A stretch of 64,000 nt of DNA, taken from the NCBI GenBank assembly GCA_977017645.1, contig OZ360252.1, positions 18,414,001 to 18,478,000 of the forward strand. The letters are read 5' to 3'. The notes under the pieces were generated by a model, which worked only from the letters and a program-made list of their open reading frames with translations, searched no databases and was not told the DNA's origin. A program made the translations under genes and the position numbers. Each line of letters opens with the position of its first letter. The first letter of the stretch is position 1. The stretch comes from Torpedo marmorata. Its lineage: Eukaryota. This document shows, one piece after another, positions 12,401-25,269 of this stretch.

Positions 12401-13524
12401 ATTTTCTCCGATAGCTTTACCGGGGCAGCACTAATATAATTGAATGGATGTTTAATATAAGAGGAATGTTCGTCACAGAGAGCTGCAGCCTCACAGGACC
12501 AGAGACCCAGGTGTAATCCTGTGGTCAGTTGCTGCTGTCCGGAGTTTGCACGCGCTCTCTTTGACAGCGCTGGTTCCCCCTCACATCACAAGGACGAGCG
12601 TGATTCCAGGATAATTGGCCAATGTAAATTGTCCTTCCTGAGTGAGTGTGTGGCAAAAACAGTTGACCTGTATGATATTGGGATTAATCGTGAATATGTG
12701 TGACTGCTGTTGGGAGCGGATTCGGTGGGACGACGGTCCTCTTTCCATGCGCTTTGGTTCCACGACTCTCCACATCATTCCCCTGCACTCGGTTTTAGTC
12801 ACTGATGTTTTCATTAAGAAATATCACGTAGTAAACCTGTCATTTAAGGAGCCGCATGATATAATGGCAAATTGCACAAACGAGATCTACATTCAATTCA
12901 AATGATGTAAACTTACAAAAATAATAAAATTTAAATTTGCATGGGAATGTTAGTCTGGGCCTCATTTTGTAAATTGTTCACGGAGATATGTTTTTGTTAC
13001 TGTTTTCGCATTTGAAAAGCTACTTTCATTAAATAGCTATGAAAACACGGTTTTACGATCTAACCGCTTTTAGCATCCAGAGGAAGAAATATACACGGAC
13101 ATAAACAGAGTCAAACACTTTACGTATCACACTGACCCGTCATCTTGACAACAAAATCTTTGCATTTGACAGTGATTGACAAGCCAGAGAACAGCTGAGA
13201 GTTGTCACCAGTGCTTAACAAGGGCACGGAGCAAGTGGAAATACAGTGAAGAAACTCCTGGTAATTTATCAAATCCGGCCGCACATATTACGGAAAACGT
13301 TGGGAAACGGCGAATCGTGTTTGGACAAACGAGCATGCAGCAGGAAATGGCAGAATCGTTCCCTTTCAGACGGTGAGCATTTGCTCTTGATGGAGATTAA
13401 CATATATAACTAGATACTAACTGTCCACGTTGTGAAACTATGCCATGGACCGAGAAGCGCACTCAATATTCATGTCAAGGAAGTGGACGGAGATTAAGAA
13501 ACAAGGTCTCATGTGTGCCTTTAT

Positions 13525-13900
13525 TTAAGATACCAATTGATAAGATGATGAGAGACATTGACCGTGTGGATGGCCAGAGACATATTCACAGGGGTGAAAT
13601 GGCCAATAAGAGGGGGCACAAATTAAAGCTTGGGATAAGTCCAGGGGAGATTCAAGAGGTAGATTTTGTCACGCAGAAACTTCTGGGTGCATTGAATGCG
13701 CAATCGGCAAAGTGCGACGGGACGTACAATAAGATATTTTAGGAAGCTATTAGATAGGTCCATGGAACAGTGAAAAATGAAGGGTGATTCAGTCGGTACC
13801 TTCTCCGCAGCTATTAGATTAGGTTATTAAGTCGGCACAGCACTGTGCATTGAGGTGCTTGTACTGTGCTGTAGATTTCTATGATCTATGTTCTATGATA
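13525..13900 (+). mobile_element. CR1 LINE 3' fragment (mirrored at ~56920-57290)
   Basis: KMMRDIDRVD...RGHKLK coding end, with a ttctatgatctatgttctatg tail. Confidence 0.75.
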
Positions 13901-13982
13901 GAAATCTTCACAAAAGAGAAAAACAAGATCTAAAAACGTAACAGATTAGGCAGCACTTGAGGAAAGAGACACGAAAAAATTA

Positions 13983-14729
13983 GTGGCGCTGCCAGAGCTG
14001 CTGTAACGGCAGCGATGCCGCTGGTGCGGAGCCACGGAGAGCGGTAGCGGAGATACAGCGTTCCCTGTGGGGTCCAACCGCCCAGTCGTACTATTCCGCT
14101 CCGTACAAGCTTTAAACGACGATGGTTTTATATGAAAATCCCGCGACCGCGGGGTCTGGCACAAGATGACGGCGCCTGTGATCGGCAGCAGCCACGAGGG
14201 GTTGCAGACTCCAGGGAAGCGGACACCAGAAAACGGGGAAACCAACCCACGTTTGAGAAGATGAAACAGAGGAGACCACCCATGGGACAGTGACCACGGC
14301 AGCAAACCAGTGAGGAGATCTGAAGCTGAAGAACACACAGGCGGCGGGCTGTTGATGACTCGGGGCGAGGGACATATGCAGGCTGCGGGCTGCTGGTGAC
14401 TGCGGTCGAGGGATTTACACGAGGCAGCGGACTGCTTCAGACTGGCTCGAGACTGGCTGAAGGGGTACCAGGTATCGGAAACGGTGTGCGAGAGTGTGAC
14501 GAGGGCGCCGAAGGTTTCCTCAACGGTCGGACGTTCCGATCTGGAGCTCGGGCTGCGGATGGTTTGGACTGGACTCTGTGTGGCTGCGGGAGCCCTGGAA
14601 GAGAATTCACGGACACTCGGTGTACTGGGGAGACCCATTTGTTTCTCTTTCTCTGAATGTAAGAGGCAGTCTAAAGCAAATTGCATGTAATATTGCACGG
14701 TTTTATAACATGGCATAAAGGAATCTTGA
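13983..14729 (+). mobile_element. GC-rich non-autonomous retroelement, family copy 1
   Basis: Aligns with 45617-46454 and 24662-25269. Head gtggcgctgc, internal aagatgacggcgcc, tail ending gaatcttga. Confidence 0.8.
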
Positions 14730-17700
14730 GTTATCTTTTGTTCTGTTTTTATTTACACAAATGCTGCCCATTCTGTTTAATATTCACTCTGTTTCCCCGT
14801 ACTCAGTTGCCGCTGTCCTGACGAGGGTTTCACTCAAATGTCTGTCCAACGTTTTGCGTTTCAGGTGAAGTTTATGAAAGACACAAAGAATCCAGCCACC
14901 ATTTTTCACTAAATTGACAGAAAACTTCCACCTGAATGCAGCACGTGGAAAGACATTTGGAGCAAAGATCAAAACAACTCTTTTCCACAAAAACACGGGA
15001 AAATGCATTTAGATTAAATAAAACATTTGTCGCTTTTCTCCGGGCACATTAAAGGGAAAACTGAACATTTAATTTGAATCATAATGTCACACGTTTGAGG
15101 AAAACTATTTACAAATTAAACTCCGCCACTCCTTGGAAATGTAATTTCCACCATCCTCCCATATGTGTGTTTAAGATTAATAACGAATTAATGTGAATGT
15201 TAAGTGTTCATTCTCAATCAGGGTCACATTTAATGATGAAATATATAAATCCTTCCCAATAACATGATAGTAAATACAGTTTTTGAACTCCTTCAGTTCA
15301 CTGCATCACACGGTGTGTAGAAAGAGATGTGACCGATAATCATCAGCGTCAGGAATGTGTTCGCCGATTCAGTCAGCAGCAGCTGCAGGTTCGGCTCTCT
15401 TCTCACACGCTGAGTTTACACACTCCGGCCTCTGAATATACTCTTTCCCAGCAATGACTGCCCCTCTTTTTCTTATGAAACAAGGCTAATAATCTTATTC
15501 GAAGATGAGTTCACAAGAGCCGCGGCGTTAATGTGCAGGCGATTTGAAATGACGGAATATATCAGCGTCACCTCTGCAAAATTCCACTCTTCCCAGAAAT
15601 ATTGACGGGAAATTACAATATCACCATCAATGTAATGTAATCCAAATATTTATACTGTCGCCGGCTGAACTGAACACGCGTATAATAACAAACACAACAG
15701 TGTTACCATGGATTGCAAAATAAGCAATACATTTCACTGTCCATTCTCGGTGTCAGGAATTTGAATTAGCTTAACGTTCTCATTATTTCTGCCCTTTTGC
15801 TCTACATATAAGACAACTTAAAGCAACAATTGGATGGCTGAAAAATTCACCGCTGGAGGATCTATTTACCGTGTTAATATACTGAAGAAATTTCACCACA
15901 ATGAAAACACTCAGAGAACAAACAAACGTTTGCTTCCTCTGCTCCTCAATATTCAGTAATTTAACAGTCGATTTAAGCGAAGCTAAATTTTCATTATGAT
16001 CAACATGGCAAATATAAACCGGATTCTATCAATATTCTTAATAAACTCACAGTTCCAGATGAGCACTATCATCAGTATCAAGAGGGACCGAATCATTCTC
16101 CAGGTGGTCAGTTACATTGACGGCGAGAACACTGATCACTTAAGCAGTCTCTCCAAGACTTCTGACATTCCAGTTCATCTGAGACTTAATTCTTTGATAA
16201 CTGCCTTACTTCTTTCTCATGTATTACTCCAACCAATAACCTTTGACTGAAATAATGCGTGAAGTGCAGTCTGCTTGCATGAACCAATGGGAAACAACCT
16301 GGCCATTAATGGAGATAACAGGGTCATCTTTTTTCTTTCCCTTCTCTTGATAAACAAATGACTGGAGTGAGTCTGAACAGAGACACGGACCGAAAACCTG
16401 CATCCAAGAAGCAAACAGTCATCGAGGCGTAGCGAAGTGGCGACGATTATTCGTTCTATTGCAATGAGTGCATTACAGGTTTTCTGCATATTTTGTGTGT
16501 CACCATTTCCCCGTATTACCTCCCTCCCTTACCTACTGCACTTAATAGCAAAGAATCCCCATCGCCCTATTCTCAGCAGCCTCTTTCCAACATCTCACAG
16601 TGCTGAACGTCGCACTTTGTTACAGATTCAAGGGGTTTAAAGAAGAAAACAGCAAAACTCTCTCGTCTATGCTTATCCATCTGAATATCTCGATGGTCCA
16701 TCCATTACCTACTGACTTTCCCATACAGCGTGGCGAATAAAAATAGATGTGAAGTCCCAGGATAAACACAAATACTTCCGCAAAGTTTCTCATTCTTTCG
16801 AGATGGACGGATAATCTCCAGCCCCAGTGATCCTTCCCAGATAAAATATAAATAATTTCCAGAAGGTGGACTTTCTCTCCACCACCGCCCCCCCCCTTTC
16901 ATTTTACCGGCATTGCTATTCCTAATCTGCGCAATGTATTTACTTCATTTACATTCTCCCTGCCTCAATACAGGAAGGTGGTGATAAACTCAGCAGGTCA
17001 CACAGCACCCATAGGAACCAAAGTGTAACCAACCTTTCAGGACTGGGCGCTTCGTCAAGAATGATGATGGATTGCTGTAGATGCTGCGTGACCAGCCGAG
17101 TTTCTCCTGCACATTTGTGTCTTGCACTTGACTCCAGGTTCTGCAGATATTATTTTTCTTTAATTCTGTCAGGCTCACCCTCTCGCTGTCACCCCGGGTT
17201 AGAATTTTTCATGTGCTCAACTTCACTTTTTCCTCATTCTTCTTCCTCGTTTTGATTGAGTGGTGAATTTCTAATGTAATTTCATACATATGATATGGAT
17301 AGGGTCACGGACAAGCGCGGTCAGGAGGTACCTTTTTGCCGGCATACTCAAGTTGGGCCGAATGGCCTGTTTCCACGCTGTCTGACTCTATGACTCTCTT
17401 TGACTCTGAGAAAATATTGCAACATTTCCTGCATTGCTGATAACTGTATCCGGCTGCCAGGATGCAAATTGTCTCCAGTGTGAATGAAGAGTTCAGTGGT
17501 TAGACATTCATGGCACATACAGGTGCTGCTCCTTTTTGCATGCCGTCTATATTTCCTCTTTCTCCATCTTTGAGTTCTGGTCATGGCACGTGGCCCACAC
17601 CATGTTGCCAAGATTACTTCATTTCTCTTTCTGTTTTTTCCACTCCACCATGGTTAGCAAGCTTCCCGACTGTACCTGCACCATTTCCCAATTTTTGGAT

Positions 17701-19230
17701 AAGTCCGGAAGATGCAATTATTTCACTGGAAGCTGTTTGACCATCACTTTCTACAATAAATTAGGGCTGTGTACTGCCTAGTCACTGTGTCAAAGCCACT
17801 CTCTAATTTGCTAATTGCTTTAAAATCAATTCAAAAGGGGATGGGTAGAACTTAACTGAAAATCATTCCAATGAACAAAGATATCAAATTAACATGAAGT
17901 ACATCTGGAATGGTGGAACACACACAGCAGGCCAGGAAGTACTTGATGAGTAAGAAGTGTTGAGGCTTTGCCTTTGGCTTTCCTACTCCGCCACAAAATG
18001 TGATCACTGTGAGTGAATACGAGCTAGTGCTGTGGTAAATGAAAGGGTAACGGGAGCAGAGAACAGAAGTAAGGAAAGTTCACAGATTGTCTAAGCTATA
18101 GAATGGATAGATGAACCATTCTCTGAATATGGGAGCTGTGTTTAGAAGATGAAAGTTATTAATTCACGGTTTCATCACACAACATGTGATCACCCGTCAC
18201 GAAAATAAATGAGAATGATCCGCAGATTATATTGATTTTCTTATAACGGTATAGACTCTCAGGGAAAGAGGGAATAAAACGAGAATGAAAGGGGTATGTT
18301 CTGTAGCTGAACAATATTTGGAAAGAAAAGAAGAGAAGTCATGAAGTTTTGAGAAGGAAATGTAAGAAGGTGCAAACATTTCTGGGAAATATCTCAGCCT
18401 GTTTCCAAGCCATAGTCAACGATAACTCTTCCAAATATAATACCCGTTTCTCCAGTTTAATCAGCAACACTCTTCACCTTTCCACTTTCTAGTCTGATTC
18501 TATTCCATATTTCAGTATAGCAATGGTTTTGTTTTCTCCACACGATGCCAGTAGCCTCAATCAAATCTCTGGATGCTTTTCCCATGGCAATTATGAACAC
18601 AAATTTCAAGTGATGCCTCACCTCCTCTAATCAAAACTTCCATTGCATCAATGATACTTAAGTTGAAACAGAATTGTTGTATTAATTGCATGTAAGAATT
18701 AAAACTATAATTAAATTTCAGTATTACAAGGAGCTAGGTCATAGTAATTAGTTATATACATAGTGTATTGATAAGGATACAAAATCTGATTTATAGCATC
18801 AGAGGTTAACTCAATAAATCTCATCACCTTGGGAAGGCAGGATAATGTTGAATCCTTGCACAGTAGATAAATGTAGAAAGAGAACTAAAAATCATGAAGA
18901 TAATGTTAAATCTAAATGGAATAATGTTTAAGACACACGATTCATCATTTTCTTTTCTGAATTCCACTTTACTGAAGACTGAGATAGGACTGTTAATGTT
19001 TACAATAATGGTACACATGTTGTAGTGATTCAGATATTGGAAACTCTGTCCTCTTGAGGCTGACTCAGAGATTCATTTTTAAAATAATTTTTCATAACTA
19101 CCTCATTTATATTCACCAAGAACAATTTTGTTGAGGTGTGTTTTATTTGATTAACTCCTCATCCGTCCTCAAGCTGCTACGGTCCGAGTATTATTGTGAC
19201 CACACAGATACTGTTTTCAGACACTATTTC

Positions 19231-19697
19231 TTTTCTTTTTAAAATATTTTTATTGACTTTAGCATATAACCATACATACAGAAGAAAAAACAATATTGAC
19301 AAAAAGACTTAAAAAGTCATCTCATATTCATACATATGCAAAGAAAAAAAACGAATGGAACTGCACTAACCAGATATTAAATTCAATTGAAAAATAAGTT
19401 ATGAATATACTATAAATTCATGTTAAAACTCATATTTTACATTTTTAAAATAAAAAGGGTAATACAATATAAAAGAAAAAAAATGAAAACAAAAATAACC
19501 TAAAAACTAAAACTAATCTTCCTCCTCCCTCTATCAAGTTTGCCTTCATACAATAAAATTGAAAGAAAATAGATCGGATAGCGACCTCCAGACATCGGAC
19601 AGAGACTCCTCGGGACATTCCGCGTTATTAATTCTTCCAATAATGATAGTATTCTATGAATGGGCCCCATATATTTAAAAATTGAAAATATCTATCC
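19231..19697 (-). mobile_element. Short 5'-truncated L1 3' end, present only in the left arm
   Basis: Minus strand encodes DRYFQFLNIWGPFIEYYHYWKN* (L1 ORF2 end), then a 3'UTR, aataaa and an A-rich tail. Confidence 0.75.
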
Positions 19698-19959
19698 ACA
19701 GTGGTGGATTGTGGCTGAACAAGCAGACTCAGAATTGCTTCGGAATAGCAATGCACCCCTTGCCACAGATTATAGGAAAGGTGTTGGAATCACTCACACT
19801 CTTGTAGAAATCATACTTGTTCAAAATCAATGAACTGTAACTTGTCTTCTATTCAAGCAACTGGAGAGGTGCTTCGGAAATGGTGAACGTGTTGCATTGC
19901 ACCTAATATTTGAAAACCTGCATCTATAAAGTACCGGTTGCAATATTTTGTGGCACATA

Positions 19960-21521
19960 CATTGGTATCCATTAATGTTTGTGACAAAGTCACATTTTTC
20001 TCCTCTATTTGACCCTGTGCTCCACTGTTTTAAATCTGTAATAAAACAATTCACAAGTGATTAAAATGCACATTCCAGATTTTATTAAAGGTTATTTGTT
20101 TACATTTTGGTTTGAGCATGTAGAATTGCAGAAATTTGTATACATAATTCCCCATTTCAGGGCACAATCATATTTGGGATATATGGCTTCACAAGTGTTT
20201 TTGAATTCTCATGTATGTTTAATTGCTTCATTGGTGCAGGTATAAAAGATACTGAACATTTGATCACCTTTGGAGTCTGTAGTCGCCATTTCCAACATGA
20301 GGACCAGAGTTATGCCACTGAACGTCAAGTAAGCCATCATGAGTGAAAAATAAATATAAAACAACAAGGAACATATCCCAAAGATTAGGATACCAAAATA
20401 ATCTGTTGGAACATCATTAAGAAGTAAGAGCATCCTGGTGGCTTAGTAATCGCAAAGGGACGGGGAGGCCAAGAAAGACCTCCCCTGCTGATGACAGAAG
20501 TATTCTCAGAATAATGATGAAAAATATCCAAACGCCTGTCCGACAGATCAGAAGCACACTTCAGGAGGCAGGTGTGGATATGTAAATGACTACTGTCCGC
20601 ACAAGGCTTCATGAACATAAATGCAGAGGCAACACTGCAAGATACAAGTACTAGTCAGCCACAGAAACAGGATGGCCGGATTACAGTTTACCAAGAAGTA
20701 TTTAAAAGAGCCCGCACAATTCTGTAAAAAGGTCTTCTGGACCGAGGAGACCAAGATTAAGTGCAAACTGTGGAGGCGTAAAGAAACTGCCCAAGATCCA
20801 AAGCATACCACCTAATCTGTGAAAAGGTGTGATGTGGGCGTTATGGCACTGGCGCACTTACCTTCATTGATCATCTGATTGCAGTAGCAAAATCAATTCT
20901 GAGGTGTTTACAAACATATTACCTGCTCAGGTTCGAGCAAATGCCTCCAAACTCATTGGATAGTCCTACAGCAATGCAATGATCCCAAACATATTGCAAA
21001 AGCAACAAAGGAGTTTTTCAAAGCTAAGACCTGGAAAATTCTTACATGGCCAAGTCAGTCACTCATCTAAACGCAATTGAGCAAGCTTTCCCGATGCTGA
21101 AGAGAAAACATCAGGGGACATGCCCCGAAACAATTAGGAGCTGGAGGTGGCTACAGTAGAGGCCGGTCAGAGCATCACCAGAGAAGATACAGAGCACCTG
21201 GTGATGTCTCTGAATCACAGACATCAAGCAGTCATTGCATGCAAGGGATATGTAACAAGATACTAAACATGACTACATTCACATACATAACATTGCAATG
21301 TCCTAAATGTTATCGTGCCCTGAAATGAGGGGACGATGAATAAAAATGCTGTAATTGCGACATATTCAAAACAAATTTTACACAAATACTCTTTAATAAA
21401 ATCGGGAATGATCACTTTAATCACATGTGAATTGTTTGATTACAAATTTAAAACTTTGGAGCACATGAGCAAATAAACAAATAAAATTGTTTCTTTCTCC
21501 CAAACATTATGGAGTGCACTT
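19960..21521 (+). mobile_element. Degenerate Tc1-like DNA transposon
   Basis: Long TIRs (end: ccaaacattatggagtgcact) with TA flanks; transposase remnants LQFTKKYLKEPAQFCKKVFWTEETKI. Confidence 0.88.
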
Positions 21522-22620
21522 TAAAAGTCTCAGTAAAATTTGTTTTGCAGTTGAGCTGGCAGGAAACACCTGGCATTGTGGTATGAGATGTGTTTCTCTT
21601 TTATTTATGTTCTCCCCTGAAACAGTGATATGTTGATAGATTTTTTCATTGCATGCTGGTCTCTGAATCAGAAGGTTAAGGGTCCATGTTCTACTCCTGA
21701 ATTTCAATCCAAAATGCCAATGTCGGAATTTCCATTCAGTGCCGAAGGAATGGAATGATGTAAAGGAAAGAATCCTTCAAATGAGATGCTTTTCACAATC
21801 TTACATACATCGATTCTTTCACATCTGATGCTCCATAAAGAATAATAAATATATGTCCAACATCTCCTCACAGCTAATACTGGATTATATAGACAACATC
21901 CCGCTGGACCTCTCGTGAGTCTTTTCCAAAGCTTACACATCCTTGTTCCAATGAGTGAACCAGAAATGCTTGCAATACTCCCAATGCGGACGAACCACAT
22001 TTTTCTACAGCTGCAACATGACTTGCCGATATTTACACTCAAAGGCTCCACTGATGAAGGAATGATTGGCACCCAATTTTATGACCACATTATCCACACG
22101 TATTGCCTTTAAAACCACACTTGCCACTCAAAGTCTCAGGAATAAAACATGAGCACTGCAGCCCCACAAACAGGAATTACAAGTGTTCATGTACTGTCCA
22201 CGCGAGTATATTAATGGTAAATGTCTCTCAGAAGAAAAGGAAAATGTTTTCTGAAACCGGTTACCCCTGCTTAACATACAATGCCGCGAATGTATTAAGA
22301 AGAGCATAGTTATTGTTTCTAGAACAGGTCCTGCTTTTTCGTCAGTTTAGTTATTGATCTCTGGCAACAAGCAGCAACAACCTTTTTGCGGTGCAGTAAA
22401 TTTGAACCGGACAGAACAGCATAATGTGGGATAGCGTGTATATTGCACAAGGGTATTCAATACATGAAATCTAAATGTTGCTCGGATCAGAGCGGAATAT
22501 ACCTTAATATTAAGTAATGGCCAGTTCATCTGCCACTCCCACAGAAACCAATAAGTGGGACAAATTTCAGACAAATCAGATCAGAGACTATTTATTATCA
22601 TGTAATAAAACAGAAATGTA

Positions 22621-24661
22621 CAGTGCCCTCCATAATGTTGGGGACATAGACAATATTTTCCTTCATTTTCCCCTGTGCTCCACGTTTTAAAATATATAAA
22701 CAAACAATTCACATCTGATTAAAGTGCACATGCCCGATTTTATTAAAGGGTATTTGTGTACATTTTGGTTTGACTGTTTATAAATTACAGCACTTTTTAT
22801 GCATAGTCCCCTCATTTCTGGACAACATAATATTTGGGACAGAGCAATAATATGTATATTATAGTAGTAATGTACAGTACTTTGTTGCATATCTCTTGCA
22901 TGCAATGACTGCTTGAAGTCTGTGATTCAAAGACATCAACAGGTACTGAGTATATTCTCTGCTGATGTTCTGCCAGGCCTCGACTCAGCCCTCTTCAGCT
23001 ACTAGGGGTAAAACACGAAAATATGTAGACACCGTGGTTGAAGTGAAGAACACAAATTCTGGAAAAGCTCAGCAGGTCAAACAGTGTATGAAGCAAAGGT
23101 AGAAATATATAACCGACGTTTCGGGCTTGAGCATTTCTGCTTTCCACTAAACCTGCTTGTCTTTTCCTTCCCCTCCCCCCTCACCTGTCCTTCCAGTTTT
23201 TTCCACCCATCCAACCATCCCTCATCCCCCTCTTTGCTGCTGTCCCCTTCCTCCTTTCTCCACCTATCATCTCCTGCCTTTGCCACCACCCCTCCCCCTC
23301 CCCTTCACTCTTTTGTTCGGACGCCTGCCGGCATTTTCTCATACTTTGATGAAGGGCTCATGCCCCAAACGTCGGTTATGTATTTCTAACTTTGCTACAT
23401 ATAGGACACTGTTTGACCTGCTGAGTTTCTCCAGCATTTGTGTTTTTTACCTCTTCAGCTCCTGCTTGTTTCGGGGGCTTGTACACTTAAGGATTCTCTT
23501 CAGCATCAGGAAGGCATACTCAATTATGTTTAGATCAGTGATTGACGTGGCAATTCAAGACATTAGTTTTGAAATAATTCTTTGTTGCTTTCAAAATATG
23601 TTTGGGACCACTGTCTTGTTGTAGGATGAAGCGCCGTCTAATGAGTTTGGAGGAATTTGCGCGAACCTGAGCAGATAAGATATTTCTTTACACCTCAGAA
23701 TTAATATTGCTCCTGCAATCAGCCGTTGCAACATCAATGAAGAAAAGTGCGTCAGTACCTGTGGCAGCCATACCCTCACCGCCATGTTTCACAGATGAGG
23801 CGGTATGCTTTGGATCTTTGCTGTCCTATTATGGTTGCACAATTTGCTCGTGCCATCACTCTGATAGAGGTTAATCTTGGAATCATCTGTACACAAAACT
23901 TTTTTCCAGATTTCTGCAGGCTCTTTTAAATACTTCTTGCCAAATTGTTAGCTGGCCATCCTGTTTCTGTGGCAAACTAATGGTTTGGATATTGCAGTGC
24001 AGCCTCCGTATCACTGCGGACAGTAGTTATTGACACATCCACACCTCCCTTCTGAAGAGTGTTTCTGATCTGTCGGACAGGCGTTTGGGGAGTTTTCTTA
24101 CGATAAGAGTTCTTCTGTCATCAGCAGTGGAGGTCTTCCTTGGCCTACCAGTCGCGTTGTGATTACTGAGCTGTACACTATGCTCTTTCTTCTTAACGAT
24201 GTTCCAAACTATTGCTTTTGGTCATCCTAATGTTTGGGCGATGTCTCTTACTGTTTTGTTCTTGTTTTTCAGACTCATAAGGCTTCTTTGACTTTCATTG
24301 GCACAACTCTAGTCCCCGAGTTTAAAAATGGCAACAACAGACTACAAAGGTTATAAGAAGTTTAGAAGCAAGCCTATTCTCTTATACCTGCACCAATGAA
24401 GCAATTAAACATACCCGATTAATTACATACCCCTGTGAAGCCAAATGTCCATTATGGTGCCCTGAAATGAGGGACTCTGTATAAAATTGTGCTGAAATGT
24501 CTACACGTTCAAACCAAAATCTACACAAATAACCATTAATATAAGATGAAATGTGCACTTTAATCACATGTGAATTGTTTGAATAAAGATTTCAAACTTT
24601 GGAGCACATGAGAAAATAAAGGGAAAAAGTGTCTTTGTCCCAAACATTGTGGAGGGCACTG
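22621..24661 (-). mobile_element. Tc1-like DNA transposon, same family, interrupted by a Penelope insertion
   Basis: TA|cagtgccctccataatgtt...aacattgtggagggcactg|TA; internal sequence is the reverse complement of the 19960-21521 copy. Confidence 0.92.
23001..23449. mobile_element. Penelope pLTR-only insertion with inverted head
   Basis: TSD cctcttcagct at 22990-23000 and 23450-23460. 23009-23130 is an inverted copy of the pLTR tail, and the forward part matches 36270-36585. Confidence 0.88.
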
Positions 24662-25269
24662 TAATATTACACGAAAGAGCCATTCATCTGCCAGAAGGCA
24701 GACAAAGATTCGCCATTAGCATTGTCCGACGCCCCGCATAGACAGAAAAACAGAAGCAAAACAGAGTCCACCCAGGGTCACTGAGTGTCCTCGAATACAC
24801 GTCCCGCGCTCCCGTAGCCTCTGCAGCCGTACCACACTCCGGTTCCGTTCAAACCGTTCAGCAACCCGATCCATTTTCGAAATCTCCGACATCATGAGGA
24901 ACCCTTCGAGACTCCTTCTTGCCCCGAGCACCCCTTTTGACTCCCGCTTCCGAGACCTCGTTCTCATCAGCCAGTCTCCAGCAGCCCGCAGGCTGGTGCC
25001 AGTACTTTGACCACAAGTCGCCAGCAGCCCGCAGCGTGTGTGGGTTCCTCGCCCCCAGGCGCCATAATCTTGGGACCGGATACCGCGGCCGCACGATTAT
25101 AAATAAAACACTGTCGACTCCTTTAACAGGCCATTTAAATGCGGTAGGGAACAGTGTTGTACGATTGGGCGGTAGGACCCTGCGGTGGAGTGCTGCGTCT
25201 CCGTTCCCTGCTGTCAGCGGATGCGCATCAGCGGCAGTGGTGCCAATACAGCAGCTCCGGCAGCGAAAC
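24662..25269 (-). mobile_element. GC-rich non-autonomous retroelement copy, split by the Tc1 (3' tail at 22576-22620)
   Basis: Homologous to 13983-14729. The sequence tttattatcatgtaataaaacagaaatgta continues as atattacacgaaa across the Tc1. Confidence 0.75.

Larger units (their letters stand above)
8828..19871. repeat. Left arm of a large inverted segmental duplication (partner 51297-64000)
   Basis: Collinear reverse-complement matches throughout, e.g. 8828 with 64000, 12521 with 58303, 14784 with 56020 and 19871 with 51297. Mirrored ORF pairs appear in the ORF track. Confidence 0.97.

Noticed and set aside
13946-14716. 256-aa ORF and similar long ORFs at 45773-46384, 56046-56875 and 24858-25377
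   Set aside because: They lie in the GC-rich repeat, are low-complexity, are open on both strands, and their frames are not conserved among independent copies.
8960-17800. Many short ORFs repeated in both arms (e.g. 12521/58121, 17348/53120)
   Set aside because: Similarity is explained by the duplication; no domain resemblance or splice support.
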